64,000 nt of DNA from an uncultured Methanomicrobiales archaeon (GCA_963758915.1 CAVWXH010000016.1:96001-160000), one strand, 5' to 3'; counted from the first letter of the stretch, positions 31,095 to 42,476 are shown. Notes: a model not told the origin generated them from the sequence alone. Program-made: numbers and translations.

Positions 31095-32363
31095 TTAGTT
31101 TTTTTCCTGATTTGTGTCGTTTCGTGTCTCTTTACCCCGGGAAAAAATCCGGAACAATCTCCCTGTACTGTCAATAATCCATAGCCCGCTTTTTAATACT
31201 GCCACTTTCAAGCCCATGGTCCTCCCTTCCATCGAAGCTGAAACTTCTTTCAGGCATGCCTGGATCGGCAGGTGCTGGGGGCAGATTTTTTCACATTTTC
31301 CACAATCCCTGCAGAGTCCTGCATATGACCGGTCCCCGGTTATCCCGCCATGCCGGGTGAGATAATGAAAAGCGTATTCACGACGGTTTCCAAACATTGA
31401 TGCCCCGTTGTAGAGGGCAAAACATTCAGGTATATTGACACCTGCAGGGCATGGCATGCAATAACCACAACCGGTACATCCGACTTCCATCAGGCGGGTA
31501 TACGTGTCCCGTACTCTTGCAATAAGGGCATGTTCTCCGGTGGACAGAGAACCGGGTTCTGCCTCTCCTGCGATTTTCAGATTTTCCTCTATATGGGACT
31601 CGTGGTTCATTCCGGAAAGGACAACTGTCACCGCCGGGTGGTCCCAGACAAACCTGAGCCCCCATTCTGCCGGAGTGCGCCTGACAGGTGCTTCTTTCCA
31701 GATCTCGTCTACCCGGGTTGGGACCTGCCCTGCAAGGCTGCCGCCGCGGAGAGGTTCCATGACCATGACCGCAAGGCGTTTTGATGCTGCATAGTTCAGA
31801 CCTTCGGTCCCGGCCTGGTTCCGCTCATCAAGGAAATTATACTGGACCTGGCAGAATTCCCAGTCATATGCATCGACAATTTTTCGGAAGGTCGCAAGAT
31901 CACCATGAAACGAAAATCCGGCATTGATTATGTTACCTGATGACTTTGCATCATCAAGGAATCCAAGGACACCGAGGTGGACCATGGCCTCCCAGTTCTC
32001 GCTGGCAAGACTGTGAAGGAGGTAATAATCAATATGAGATGTTGCAAGTTTTACCAGCTGGCCATCAAGGATATGGTCCATATCCTCCCTGGTTTTGACC
32101 GCCCACGGTGGTAACTTGGTTGCGATCCGGACGTTATCCCGGTACCCGTCAGCAAGTGCACGACCAAGCAGGGGTTCACTCCGGCCAAGGTGATAGGCAG
32201 GTGCTGTATCAAGGTAATTGACCCCGTTATCAATAGCGTAACGAATCTGGTTTATTGCCCGCTTCTCGTCTATCGTATGAGTCCGGGTCAAAGGCAGGCG
32301 CATACAGCCAAAGCCAAGGATTGATAACCTATCGCCGGTTTTTGGGACAGTCCGGTAGAGCAT
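31095..32363 (-). CDS. Aldo/keto reductase family protein with C-terminal 4Fe-4S dicluster
   Basis: SILGFGCMRLP, YLDTA..Y, IATK, YYLLH; CTGCGYCMPCP and CRDCGKCEKICPQ; likely start MLYRTVPK at 32363. Confidence 0.93.
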   Translation of the reverse strand: MLYRTVPKTGDRLSILGFGCMRLPLTRTHTIDEKRAINQIRYAIDNGVNYLDTAPAYHLGRSEPLLGRALADGYRDNVRIATKLPPWAVKTREDMDHILDGQLVKLATSHIDYYLLHSLASENWEAMVHLGVLGFLDDAKSSGNIINAGFSFHGDLATFRKIVDAYDWEFCQVQYNFLDERNQAGTEGLNYAASKRLAVMVMEPLRGGSLAGQVPTRVDEIWKEAPVRRTPAEWGLRFVWDHPAVTVVLSGMNHESHIEENLKIAGEAEPGSLSTGEHALIARVRDTYTRLMEVGCTGCGYCMPCPAGVNIPECFALYNGASMFGNRREYAFHYLTRHGGITGDRSYAGLCRDCGKCEKICPQHLPIQACLKEVSASMEGRTMGLKVAVLKSGLWIIDSTGRLFRIFSRGKETRNDTNQEKN

Positions 32364-32499
32364 TGGTAGTTCCTCAGATGTAATTGAACCCTCACTGATA
32401 TCGCCCGGGGGGTTATTAATCGGAACCACCGGGTTAGCCTTTCCCGCTTTAACCATACGGGTATCGGGAAAAAGGAAAAAATGATCCCGGGCAGGAGAC

Positions 32500-33738
32500 T
32501 TATGCGAACATTGCGCCGAACGTGCTGATCATCCGCTGCCGGTCGAAGTCTGCCTCAACTTTTTCAATGGCAGCAATCAGGTCCTCATGGGTAACATGGT
32601 CATGCTCTTTCCGTATGGCAAACATCCCCGCCTCCATTACGATCGCCCTGAGGTCAGCCCCGTTTTTACCCTCGGTCAGCCTGGCGACTTCAGAAAGCTT
32701 CACCGATTCATCAAGATTCATGTCACGGACATGGACGTTCAGGATTGCAAGCCTGCCGGATGCGTCCGGGAGTGGGATCTCGATGATACGATCGAAACGC
32801 CCGGGCCTGAGCAGTGCCCGGTCAAGGATATCGATCCTGTTCGTCGCCCCGATGATCTTTACATCACCCCGGCGTTCAAACCCGTCCATTCCTGCAAGGA
32901 GTTGCATGAGTGTCCTCTGTACCTCACGGTCTCCTGATGTTGTTGCCTCTGTCCGGGACGCTCCGATTGCATCTATCTCATCAATAAAGATGATTGTCGG
33001 GGACTTTTGCTTCGCCAGTTCAAATAGCTCCCGGACAAGCCGTGCCCCTTCACCAATATACTTCTGGACGAGCTCCGACCCGACAACCCGTAGGAAATGG
33101 GCATTTGTTTCATGTGCAACTGCACGTGCCAGCAGGGTTTTTCCTGTACCCGGTGGTCCATGGAGAAGTACTCCTTTTGGTGGATCTATCCCGATTTTCT
33201 CGAACAGGTCGGGTCGTTTAAGGGGGAGTTCAACTGCCTCTTTAATTTCAGTAATCTGTTGCTCAAGACCCCCGATATCACTGTAACTTTCCATCGGGGT
33301 CTCCACGATCTCCATACCATAGACCTGTGAATCAAAACTGCTCGGCAGAATATCAACCACTGCAAGTGACTGCTGGTTCAGGGTACACCGTGAACCCGGT
33401 TTGAGCTTCTCCTGGTCGATGCAGAGCGAGCTCCTCACAAGAAAACGGGGGCCCGCACTGCTCCTCACGATAACCCGGTTATTATCAATGATATCCGTAA
33501 TTGTCCCGACTACCAGCGGAGGGCTCCGGAGCTGTTCGATCTCGCTCTTTAACTTCCTTACCTCCCGCTCGTAGCGTATTTTCTGGGTCTCAATATATCG
33601 TTTATCTGACTCAATCTGGCGCAGCTGCTCACGAAGCTCCAGGTTGCGTGATTCCATGCTTGTTACCCGTTCCAGCAGGTACCGGTATAATTCTTCAGGG
33701 TTTTGCGGCTCCGGTGGCTGGCGGGCAGTCTCTGCCAT
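32500..33738 (-). CDS. pan: Proteasome-activating nucleotidase
   Basis: N-terminal coiled coil, OB fold, [23 protein letters not shown]-terminal MFA HbYX-like tail. Confidence 0.97.
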   Translation of the reverse strand: MAETARQPPEPQNPEELYRYLLERVTSMESRNLELREQLRQIESDKRYIETQKIRYEREVRKLKSEIEQLRSPPLVVGTITDIIDNNRVIVRSSAGPRFLVRSSLCIDQEKLKPGSRCTLNQQSLAVVDILPSSFDSQVYGMEIVETPMESYSDIGGLEQQITEIKEAVELPLKRPDLFEKIGIDPPKGVLLHGPPGTGKTLLARAVAHETNAHFLRVVGSELVQKYIGEGARLVRELFELAKQKSPTIIFIDEIDAIGASRTEATTSGDREVQRTLMQLLAGMDGFERRGDVKIIGATNRIDILDRALLRPGRFDRIIEIPLPDASGRLAILNVHVRDMNLDESVKLSEVARLTEGKNGADLRAIVMEAGMFAIRKEHDHVTHEDLIAAIEKVEADFDRQRMISTFGAMFA

Positions 33739-33793
33739 TTGTGTGCCTCAAATAGATATATAGGGAAAAATGACTATAAAGATGTTTGCGACT

Positions 33794-34297
33794 ATGCAGT
33801 GCGAATTATGTGGCGCAAATGCGCGCGCTTTGAAAAATGTCAGGGTCGAGAGCGCGGAGCTCCGGGTCTGTCCCCAGTGCGAACATTATGGTGTTGAAAT
33901 CCAGCAGCCCCATAGGACTACCCCGAGACCTGGTACTGGTCGCCGGCCGGCAAATGCACCCCCGGTTCCCCACCCTGTTGCAAAAACACGACGTGATATG
34001 TTTGATATGATAGAGGGGGAAATCGTCGATGACTATGGTGAGCGGATCAAGCATGCCCGTATGCAAAGGGGCTGGTCTCAGAAAGACCTCGCTATGGAGT
34101 TGAAAGTAAGGGAACTTTTAATTAAAAAGATTGAAAACGGAGACCTGATCCCTGAAGATGACGTGCGGAGGATGCTTGAAAAAACACTTGATATCCGCCT
34201 CCTTGACATTCCGGAAGATGAGAGTGGAAAGAAAAAACCCGGGACCGTAGTGCCGACGCTCGGGGACGTCATATCTATAAAAAAAGTTAAAAAATAA
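33794..34297 (+). CDS. mbf1: Archaeal multiprotein bridging factor 1
   Basis: Zn ribbon CELCG...VCPQC plus HTH (SQKDLA...IENG), TLGD tail; divergent from pan, a conserved archaeal arrangement. Confidence 0.93.
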   Translation: MQCELCGANARALKNVRVESAELRVCPQCEHYGVEIQQPHRTTPRPGTGRRPANAPPVPHPVAKTRRDMFDMIEGEIVDDYGERIKHARMQRGWSQKDLAMELKVRELLIKKIENGDLIPEDDVRRMLEKTLDIRLLDIPEDESGKKKPGTVVPTLGDVISIKKVKK

Positions 34298-34397
34298 TTA
34301 TTTTTGGTGATTCATCAATTGGAACCACCACAATACATTTTTATTCGTTAAATCAGGAGAGAATTGTATCCGGTTTAGGTAATCCTGTCATTTTGAG

Positions 34398-35142
34398 ACC
34401 TTTCAACAGTCCAGGAACTATCCCAATTGGGTGTTGCCGTAGCGGCGGGGGCAATGCCCCCAAGAGCGTCTTATTTTCCAATTCTAACTACATTTTTTTG
34501 AATTGGTTATGAGTCTGAAAAAATTGGGTGGCGTTTGTTGACGAATCACCTTATTTTTAATTTTTTGGTCTTGAATAAACGGGCCAGACCAGACCAGATT
34601 GACCCAAATCCTGGCATGACGTTTTTACAGGATTTTATATCAATGCGACTTGGATGAAACACACATGAACGGGAAGTTCACACCCGGACGATTGAAAATG
34701 GTTCGTTAAAAATCTCCTTATATTGGAGTCTGTTCAGGCATTTCCAATAAAAATCCCATCGACAATTTCATTGTTTATGCCCGACAGCAGGGCGGTCACA
34801 GGCGGTTAATATGAAAATCCCAACTGGCATTTTCATTTTGTATGCGTGTGACCTTTTGGCATCATGCCTGTTTTCATGGGAAGCCCTGAATTTTAAAACG
34901 AGGAAGAAATATGTAGACAGGAGGGGGTTTCACCCTGAGTTTCACCCCCTCCCTGCCCCACCCCCGATAAGATATTCCCCGGGTAGGGTTAACCGGAAGA
35001 ATCCACCAAAATTTCAGAGATTTAATGACCATTCTCTATCCCAACCGGGATCACCAAAGCGGCGGGCCATGAGCCCAGGGTGCGTGGATAAATTTCGGAA
35101 TACTTCAAAATGGTAATATATTTTAGAGCATTTCAACAAAGC
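34398..35142. mobile_element. Mosaic cluster of MITE-like repeats
   Basis: 34648-34780 follows 6690-6822; 34806-34876 follows 6783-6852; 34917-35142 is a full structured block ending AGCATTTCAACAAAGC. Confidence 0.7.
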
Positions 35143-35444
35143 GATAAATGCCATAAACGGGCCACTCTATTTAAATACTGGCAATGCTGAAATAATTTAC
35201 AATGTGTGGTGAATGTTTTTTTGCCCGGGAGTGTTTTTATCACGACCAGCAGAGCACATACACGATGCATGAAATCCGGTAGTCCTGTTCAGGGACCCTG
35301 TTTTAATCAGATTATTCAACCAGCAGGTGCTTTGGAAAAATTATCAGCAATTCCTGGTTATTATCGTTATTATTTTAGTTTTAGGTATCTCCCATACTGA
35401 ACGGATCTGGTTTCTGACCGTTTTGGCAGGGGAGGAGGATTACT

Positions 35445-36233
35445 ATGAGAGGGAAAGATATTCGTCTTGAACGCATCATGAACCGTAACACAAGAAAGAC
35501 CATCATTGTCCCGATGGACCACGGTGTCACGAACGGGCCGATAGATGGCCTGATCGATCTTGGTAACGCAGTTGACCAGGTGGCGGAAGGGGGAGCCAAT
35601 GCCGTGCTGGGCCATATGGGCCTCGCATTATACGGCCACCGGAAAACAGGCCGTGATATCGGGCTCATCCTCCATCTCTCGGCAAGCACGTCGATAGGAC
35701 CTGACCCCAATGAAAAAGTACTGATCAACACAGTTCAGAACGCATTGAAAATGGGGGCCGACGCGGTGTCGATGCATGTGAACATCGGGGCCGATTCTGA
35801 GGCGGTAATGCTTTCAGACCTGGGAAAAATTGCGGTTGACTGTATGGAATGGGGAATGCCGCTCCTCGCAATGATGTACCCGAGGGGCAGGAAGATCATT
35901 GATGAACATGGTGTGGAGCAGGTGAAACTGGCTGCCCGTGTGGCTGCCGAACTCGGTGCAGATATCGTAAAAACCGTGTACACGGGTGACCCTGACAGTT
36001 TCCGTGAAGTGACCCGGGGTTGCCCGGTACCCGTGGTGGTAGCCGGAGGCCAGAAAACCGATGACCGCTCGACATTGGAATTAATTGAAGGAGCAATGGA
36101 AGGTGGTGCAGCCGGGCTCTCGATTGGAAGGAACGCGTTCCAGCACCGGACTCCGGCACGATTTGTACATGCGGCGGCAATGATCGTCCATGAACGAAAA
36201 AGTGTCGATGAAGCACTTCAATCGCTGGTATAA
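35445..36233 (+). CDS. aroA': 2-amino-3,7-dideoxy-D-threo-hept-6-ulosonate synthase (DhnA-type class I aldolase), paralog 1
   Basis: VPMDHG, HLSAST, MMYPRG, GADIVKT Schiff-base Lys, GRNAFQ; upstream of aroB'. Confidence 0.88.
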   Translation: MRGKDIRLERIMNRNTRKTIIVPMDHGVTNGPIDGLIDLGNAVDQVAEGGANAVLGHMGLALYGHRKTGRDIGLILHLSASTSIGPDPNEKVLINTVQNALKMGADAVSMHVNIGADSEAVMLSDLGKIAVDCMEWGMPLLAMMYPRGRKIIDEHGVEQVKLAARVAAELGADIVKTVYTGDPDSFREVTRGCPVPVVVAGGQKTDDRSTLELIEGAMEGGAAGLSIGRNAFQHRTPARFVHAAAMIVHERKSVDEALQSLV

Positions 36234-36329
36234 GTCATCCGGAATACCGGATGTGATGGATTAACAAAATGGAAAAGACCAACAAAGGATTAGAACGTTA
36301 AACCGGAAGGAAGGGAGAGGAACAACATT

Positions 36330-37115
36330 ATGATTGGGAAGGACATCAGGATAGAAAGGATAATGGACAGGAATACGGGAAGGGGGGTCATTGTACCGAT
36401 GGACCACGGGTTTACCCTCGGCCAGATCGACGGTCTTCTTGACATGACTAAAATCATATCCGAGGTATCTGAAGGCGGGGCAAATGCAATCGTCCTGCAT
36501 AAAGGACTTGTTAAACGGGGTCACCGGAAAAGGGGTCGCGATATCGGGCTTATCGTCCACCTCTCGGCAAGCACCTCCTTAAACCCGGACCCGAATGACA
36601 AGGTCCTCGTCTGCACGGTTGAGGAGGCTGTTGCACTCGGAGCAGACGGGGTATCAATCCATATTAACCTTGGTGCACCGCAGGAATCGAGAATGATCGA
36701 GTCTGCCGGGAAGATCGTGAAAGACTGCAACCGCTGGGGTATGCCACTGCTCGTCATGATTTACCCAAGAGGCAAGGGTATCGATCCCAATTCGCCGCAG
36801 GCTATCGGGCACTGTGTCAGGGTAGCCGAGGAGCTCGGTGCAGACCTGATCAAGACAAATTACCCCGGAGATCCGGTTTCATTCAGAAAGATTACTGATG
36901 CCTGCTCAGTCCCGGTACTGGTTGCCGGTGGTGAGAAGATGGGGGACCTCGAGTCGCTCCGGATGATCCGTGAATCAGTCCATGCCGGGGGTGCCGGTGT
37001 TTGTGTCGGCCGTAATGCGTTCCAGAGGGTTTCTCCCGGTGCATTTGTGAAAGCACTCGGGCGCGTGGTCCATGATGACCTGGAGCCTGCCCTGGCATTG
37101 GAGCGGTCCGGATGA
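36330..37115 (+). CDS. aroA': ADH synthase / DhnA-type class I aldolase, paralog 2
   Basis: Same motif set (VPMDHG, GADLIKT, GRNAFQ); overlaps the aroB' start. Confidence 0.85.
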   Translation: MIGKDIRIERIMDRNTGRGVIVPMDHGFTLGQIDGLLDMTKIISEVSEGGANAIVLHKGLVKRGHRKRGRDIGLIVHLSASTSLNPDPNDKVLVCTVEEAVALGADGVSIHINLGAPQESRMIESAGKIVKDCNRWGMPLLVMIYPRGKGIDPNSPQAIGHCVRVAEELGADLIKTNYPGDPVSFRKITDACSVPVLVAGGEKMGDLESLRMIRESVHAGGAGVCVGRNAFQRVSPGAFVKALGRVVHDDLEPALALERSG

Positions 37116-38098
37116 AGGAGTTCTGGGTGGACTGCAGGCCCTGGAACAAGGCGATTGCGACAACAGCAATTGAAAGCGGTGCAGACACCCTGGTGCTTGA
37201 CCAGGCCCGGTCAGGTCGTGAACTGGGGAGGGTCAGGACCGTTGCACCTGACGGTGACCTTGTCCCGGACAATGATGTATTCACCTGCAGGATAAGGGAT
37301 AAGGCAAGTGAAAACGAGGCTGTTGCACTGTCACGGAAGGGATACGTGATCGTTGAAACCGAAGACTGGAACGTGATCCCACTCGAGAACCTTGTTTCAT
37401 TGTCAGACCGCATCATTGCACTCGTGCATGACCTGGAATCAGCAGAACTGGCCCTGAATGTTCTTGAAAAGGGAGTCTGCGGGATTCTTCTGTCAACAAC
37501 GGAACCTGCAGTTGTCAGGAAGGTTGCGTCACTTCTCAAGTCAGGGTCCCAGCCGGCTGAAATTGTTCCCCTTACTATCACAGGGGTAACTCCCGCCGGA
37601 ATGGGTGACCGGGTCTGCGTGGATACCTGTTCACTATTGTCTGACAGTGAAGGGATGCTTATAGGTAATACTTCGGCCGGTGCATTCCTCGTCCACGCGG
37701 AAACGCTTGAAAACCCGTATGTTTCACCACGTCCATTCCGCGTAAATGCCGGGGCAGTTCATGCCTATGCAACAATGCCCGGGGGAAAAACTGCATACCT
37801 GTCAGATCTTAAGGCCGGTGACCGGGTATTGATTTCGGATTCCCAGGGAAGGACAAAAGAAGCAACAGTGGGCAGGGTAAAAATTGAACTACGCCCGCTT
37901 CTGCTCATCGAAGCCGAGTGCGGGGGGAGAAAGGTGAGTGCCATTCTCCAGAATGCCGAGACTATCCGCCTGGTCCGTAAAGACGGGAGTGCCTGCTCTG
38001 TTGCCTCCGTAAAGACCGGTGATATCGTGATGGGGACGGTAACAGAAAGCGGCCGCCATTTTGGCGTTGCCGTGAAAGAGCATATTATAGAAAAATGA
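37112..38098 (+). CDS. aroB': 3-dehydroquinate synthase II
   Basis: W.VIPLEN, GDRVCVDTCS, RPFRVNAGAVHAY, LQNAETI, RHFG motifs. Confidence 0.95.
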   Translation: MKEFWVDCRPWNKAIATTAIESGADTLVLDQARSGRELGRVRTVAPDGDLVPDNDVFTCRIRDKASENEAVALSRKGYVIVETEDWNVIPLENLVSLSDRIIALVHDLESAELALNVLEKGVCGILLSTTEPAVVRKVASLLKSGSQPAEIVPLTITGVTPAGMGDRVCVDTCSLLSDSEGMLIGNTSAGAFLVHAETLENPYVSPRPFRVNAGAVHAYATMPGGKTAYLSDLKAGDRVLISDSQGRTKEATVGRVKIELRPLLLIEAECGGRKVSAILQNAETIRLVRKDGSACSVASVKTGDIVMGTVTESGRHFGVAVKEHIIEK

Positions 38099-38171
38099 AT
38101 ATGGAATGTACCATGGTAACGAATATGTACCAGTGCTGCCGTTCTGACATAGTATCCCGGGGCCCACCACG

Positions 38172-38996
38172 ATGAAGGTAGGTATCATAGGGGGTACCGG
38201 AAGGATGGGGAGCCTTTTTTCCGGGGTGTTTGAACGGGCTGGACACGAAGTGGCTTGTTCCGGGAGGAATACCCGGGTTAGTGCGATGGATCTGGTATCA
38301 GAATCCGATCTCATCATCGTTTCAGTTCCCATCCATAGCACGGCAGAAGTGATCCGGACTATTGCCCCTGATCTTACGGCATCGCAGGTTATTTGTGACC
38401 TGACCTCGCTCAAGGTATTCCCTGTCAGGGAGATGCTCTGTTCAAAGGCGGAAGTCATCGGGCTTCATCCGATGTTCGGTCCAACCGTCAGGACACTGGA
38501 ACAACAAACGATAATTGTCACCCCGGAGCGGTGCAGCAGGGAGAACCTTGGGAGGCTGACCGATATCTTTGAGACGGAGGGTGCAAGGATAACGATCACC
38601 ACCCCTGAGGCGCATGACAGGATGATGGCAGTTGTCCAGGGGCTGACTCATTTTATCACGCTCAGCATGGCTGAGACCATGCGGAGTATTGGTATTACGC
38701 CCGCTGATACTGAACCTTTTATGAGTCCGGTATACCAGATAGAGACCGGGCTGATGGGGCGGCTCCTTTCGCAGGACCCGGGCTTATACGCTGATATGCT
38801 CAGGATGAACCCCTATGTGCCGGCGGTACTCGAAGCATGTGAGCGTGCAGTCCGTGATGTTAAAAACACCGTATTATCAGGGGAGCGTAGCCCGTTTGAG
38901 CAGATTTTTTCCCGGAATAGCGAACATTTCGGTGATTACTGCAATACAGCGTCATCGCTTACAGATTCCCTGATTGAAGCGATGGTGAAACGATGA
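38172..38996 (+). CDS. tyrA: Prephenate dehydrogenase
   Basis: IIGGTGRMG Rossmann motif, DLTSLK, HPMFGP, HDRMMAVVQGLTH. Confidence 0.94.
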   Translation: MKVGIIGGTGRMGSLFSGVFERAGHEVACSGRNTRVSAMDLVSESDLIIVSVPIHSTAEVIRTIAPDLTASQVICDLTSLKVFPVREMLCSKAEVIGLHPMFGPTVRTLEQQTIIVTPERCSRENLGRLTDIFETEGARITITTPEAHDRMMAVVQGLTHFITLSMAETMRSIGITPADTEPFMSPVYQIETGLMGRLLSQDPGLYADMLRMNPYVPAVLEACERAVRDVKNTVLSGERSPFEQIFSRNSEHFGDYCNTASSLTDSLIEAMVKR

Positions 38997-39787
38997 CCCT
39001 GTTCGCCCTTGGACCGGAAGGGACGTTCAGCCATGAACTTGCGTGCAAATTAGTCCCCCCCGGCGAGGTGCGGCTCCTTCCGGCCATAGGCACGGTCCTC
39101 TCAACTGTTGAGCAGGGCCTGGGTGACGGGGTGATACCTGTTGAGAATAGCGAAGCTGGCGGGGTCGGCCCTTCGCTTGACGGTCTTTTACGGTACAATG
39201 TTTTTGTAACGGCGGAAATGTATATCGAGATTCATCATTTTCTTGCATCATTCCTCCCTGTTGAAGAGGCTTCGGTTATCTATGCCCATCCACAGACCAG
39301 TGAGCAGTGCAGTGAATTCCTTGATAAACTGGGTATCGAGATAATCCCTACAAAAAGCAATGCGGCAAGTGCTATTGAACTGCTGGGTAACCGCGGGGGT
39401 GCGGCGGTTGTATCAAAGAAGATTTCAGAAGTCTACAATCTGCCGGTAATTATCTCCCATATTGAGAACAACCCTCATAATGTCACGAGGTTTTTCCGGG
39501 TGTCAGATCAGCCGTTGCAGGAACCAGGGCCGGAAAAATGTAGTATTGTTGTTGATCCGGCAACCGACCGCCCGGGTCTTCTCTATGAATTGCTCGCGGT
39601 GTTTGGGAGGCGCGGGATTAACCTCTGCAGGATCGAGTCCCGGCCATCAAAACGGGGTATGGGAAGTTACGTCTTTTTCATGGACATCACGACATCACCC
39701 GGGTACGAGGAGTCCCTTGCTGAGCTTGAAGAGCTGACGGTTATCAGGCGGCTTGGCTGTTATAAACGTCTTGAGGTGAACCTGTGA
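38993..39787 (+). CDS. pheA: Prephenate dehydratase
   Basis: LGPEGTFS, PVENS, NVTRF, ACT domain DRPGLL...IESRP. Confidence 0.95.
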   Translation: MTLFALGPEGTFSHELACKLVPPGEVRLLPAIGTVLSTVEQGLGDGVIPVENSEAGGVGPSLDGLLRYNVFVTAEMYIEIHHFLASFLPVEEASVIYAHPQTSEQCSEFLDKLGIEIIPTKSNAASAIELLGNRGGAAVVSKKISEVYNLPVIISHIENNPHNVTRFFRVSDQPLQEPGPEKCSIVVDPATDRPGLLYELLAVFGRRGINLCRIESRPSKRGMGSYVFFMDITTSPGYEESLAELEELTVIRRLGCYKRLEVNL

Positions 39788-41052
39788 ATATTACCCTTCC
39801 AAAAATGAAGGAGAGCGAGTTCTGTGTTACCGCCCCGCCTTCAAAAAGTTATACTCACCGGGCCCTCATTGTTGCAGCAATGGCCGATGGCGTTTCCACG
39901 ATAAAAAATCCCCTCTATTCAGGAGATACGCTTGTTACCTGCCGTGCACTCCGTGCACTTGGTGCCGGCATAAGCCAGGAGCCCGGAATGCTTCGTATAA
40001 CGGGTTGTTCCGGGCACTTCTCAGGTGGGAAGATGATGACCCTCGATATGGAAAACTCGGGTACCAGCTTCCGGCTCCTTACTGCAGCTGCGTTGTTATG
40101 CCCACAACCGGTAATTTTTACCGGGAGCCCCCGGATGCAGGAACGCCCTGTCGGGCATCTCGTGGAAGCGCTCAATTCAATTGGCGGCCGGATCAGGTAT
40201 CTTTCAAACGCAGGGTATCCCCCGGTCCTTGTTGAAGGCACGCTCCGGGGCGGGGTTGTTTCAATTCCAGGCACTATCAGCAGCCAGTTTATTTCTGCAC
40301 TGATGATCCCGTCGCCGTATGCCGAAACCGATGTCGAAGTCCTTGTTACCGGGGATATCGCATCACGTTCCTACCTTGATATTACTGCCGACTGCATGGA
40401 GACATTCGGGGTAAAACCCGGGCGGGAGGGATATCACAGGTTCATGATCAGGTCTGGTGCGGGGTACGAAGGTCGTAATTATACCATCGAAGGTGATTAC
40501 TCCTCGGCATCATACTTTTTTGCAATTGCTGCAGTTTGCGGCGGTTCTGTGGAAGTGGCGGGGCTAAATCCCGGATCGGTGCAGGGAGACCGTATGTTTG
40601 TCCAGGCACTGGACCGGATGGGGTGCAGGGTGTCATTTCAGGCAGATAGTGTCAGGGTCGAGGGGACTGGTGTTCTTACGGGAATAACCGTGGACATGTC
40701 TTCATCTCCTGACACGGTACAGACACTTTGTATGGTTGCAGCCATGGCATCCACACCGTCCCACATCAGTGGGATCTCCCACCTGAAATACAAGGAGAGT
40801 GACCGGCTCAAAGCAACGGTTGACCTCCTGAACGGGCTCGGGGGTAATGCGAGAATGACCGGGGATGGGATCACCATCACGCCCGTTCCGCTTCATGGTG
40901 GCGAGGTTGACCCGGGAGACGACCACCGGACTGCGATGAGTGCTGCGGTACTGGCACTCACACGGGGGGATATCATTATCAGAAATGCAGAATGCGTTGA
41001 CAAGTCGTTCCCACGTTTCTTTGAAATTATCAGGGGGATTGCACCGGAATGA
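39784..41052 (+). CDS. aroA: 3-phosphoshikimate 1-carboxyvinyltransferase (EPSP synthase)
   Basis: PPSKSYTHR, NSGTSFR, SSQFISAL, EGDYSSA, KESDR, DHR.AMS, KSFP motifs. Confidence 0.96.
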   Translation: MNITLPKMKESEFCVTAPPSKSYTHRALIVAAMADGVSTIKNPLYSGDTLVTCRALRALGAGISQEPGMLRITGCSGHFSGGKMMTLDMENSGTSFRLLTAAALLCPQPVIFTGSPRMQERPVGHLVEALNSIGGRIRYLSNAGYPPVLVEGTLRGGVVSIPGTISSQFISALMIPSPYAETDVEVLVTGDIASRSYLDITADCMETFGVKPGREGYHRFMIRSGAGYEGRNYTIEGDYSSASYFFAIAAVCGGSVEVAGLNPGSVQGDRMFVQALDRMGCRVSFQADSVRVEGTGVLTGITVDMSSSPDTVQTLCMVAAMASTPSHISGISHLKYKESDRLKATVDLLNGLGGNARMTGDGITITPVPLHGGEVDPGDDHRTAMSAAVLALTRGDIIIRNAECVDKSFPRFFEIIRGIAPE

Positions 41053-41087
41053 TGTGGTACGATGTAGTGGAAATGGAGGATTAGTGT

Positions 41088-42476
41088 ATGGTAAGAATAG
41101 TTCTCACCGGGTTTCGGGGGACAGGTAAGACAAGGGTCGGGGAACTCCTTGCACACATGCTCGGCGTGCCGTTTATTGATACTGATGCCCTGATCGAGGA
41201 ACGTGCCGGAATGACAATATATGAAATATTCCAGAAACACGGGGAGGAATATTTCCGGAAGAAGGAATGTGCAACAATCAACTCCCTCGAGATAGCTGAT
41301 TCCGTGGTCAGTACGGGAGGAGGGGCAATAATGGACCCGTCCAACGTGGCTGCAATCAGGCGCGGTAGTACCGTGTTCCTTCTCACGGCGGATGACCGGA
41401 CCATTGAGCAGAGGATAGCTCGCACAGAACGCCCTTCCCTTACAAGACTTCCGCTCAGGGAGGAGATCCACGAGCTCCAGGCTATCAGGAGACCGTTTTA
41501 CATTGCATCAGCAGATTTTTGCGTTAGTACAACACGGAAAGACGCAAATGAGACGGCCATGGTCATACGGCATATTCTGGCAGGTGGGAATTCAACCAGT
41601 AAGGATGCAGCAGGTTTCCTGTCATTTGTGAGGAAAACTTTAATTGAACCGGAAGAGGCTGATGCACTCGAATCCGCTATTGCATCTCCCGGCCGGGATC
41701 CCCTTACCCGTATCTACGCTGTTGCAGGGAACCCGTGTACCCATAGTCTCTCTCCACTCCTCTTCAACCGCCTGTTCTCTGAATACCGCATGAACTGCCA
41801 TTACACAAGGCTATGCTGGCCTGACTTCGGGGAAATTATCAGGGAGGCGAAAAAAATTGGCATCCGCGGGATTTCCGTCACTATCCCCTTTAAAACCGGG
41901 GCGCTGGCATATATCGATGAAGCTGATGACCATGTAACGGCAATCGGTGCGGCGAACACTCTTGTGATGTGTGAAGGCACAACCTTCGGGTTCAATACCG
42001 ACTGGACCGGGATTAAGGACCCCCTGGATCACCTGAAAGGGTCACGGGCTGCTGTGATCGGGGCAGGGGGAGCTGCAGCCGCAGCGGTGTATGCATTGCA
42101 GTCCCTGGACATGGACGTCACAATCCTTACCAGGAAACCTTCGAATGCAGAGGAACTTTCAGCAAGGTTCGCGGTCCCGGTCAAACCATTGTCCGGATTT
42201 TCAGAAGTCAACCCGGATGTTGTCATAAACGCAACCCCGGTTGGCATGGGGTCTGACATGCGGTCATTAGTTGATACATCACTGCTGAAACCCGGTATGA
42301 CCATTTATGACCTGGTCTATACCCCTGCAGACACCCCACTGATCATCGCTGCCCGGAAAGCAGGCTGTACCACGATACCCGGCACCGAAATGTTTGTGCG
42401 CCAGGCCTGTGCCCAGTTCCGCTGTTTCACCGGTATCGAGGCGCCACCGGCGATTGTGCGGGGGTATGTCATATGA
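41088..42476 (+). CDS. aroE: Fused shikimate kinase (P-loop type) and shikimate dehydrogenase
   Basis: N-terminal [23 protein letters not shown]; C-terminal HSLSP, SVTIPFK, GAANT, NTD, GAGGAA, NATPVGM. Confidence 0.93.
   Translation: MVRIVLTGFRGTGKTRVGELLAHMLGVPFIDTDALIEERAGMTIYEIFQKHGEEYFRKKECATINSLEIADSVVSTGGGAIMDPSNVAAIRRGSTVFLLTADDRTIEQRIARTERPSLTRLPLREEIHELQAIRRPFYIASADFCVSTTRKDANETAMVIRHILAGGNSTSKDAAGFLSFVRKTLIEPEEADALESAIASPGRDPLTRIYAVAGNPCTHSLSPLLFNRLFSEYRMNCHYTRLCWPDFGEIIREAKKIGIRGISVTIPFKTGALAYIDEADDHVTAIGAANTLVMCEGTTFGFNTDWTGIKDPLDHLKGSRAAVIGAGGAAAAAVYALQSLDMDVTILTRKPSNAEELSARFAVPVKPLSGFSEVNPDVVINATPVGMGSDMRSLVDTSLLKPGMTIYDLVYTPADTPLIIAARKAGCTTIPGTEMFVRQACAQFRCFTGIEAPPAIVRGYVI

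Noticed and set aside
32522-33286. Long antisense ORFs (also 935-1642, 4899-5486, 24660-25253, 36892-37581, 53761-54699)
   Set aside because: Shadow frames of well-conserved genes; Ser/Ile/Arg-rich with no motifs
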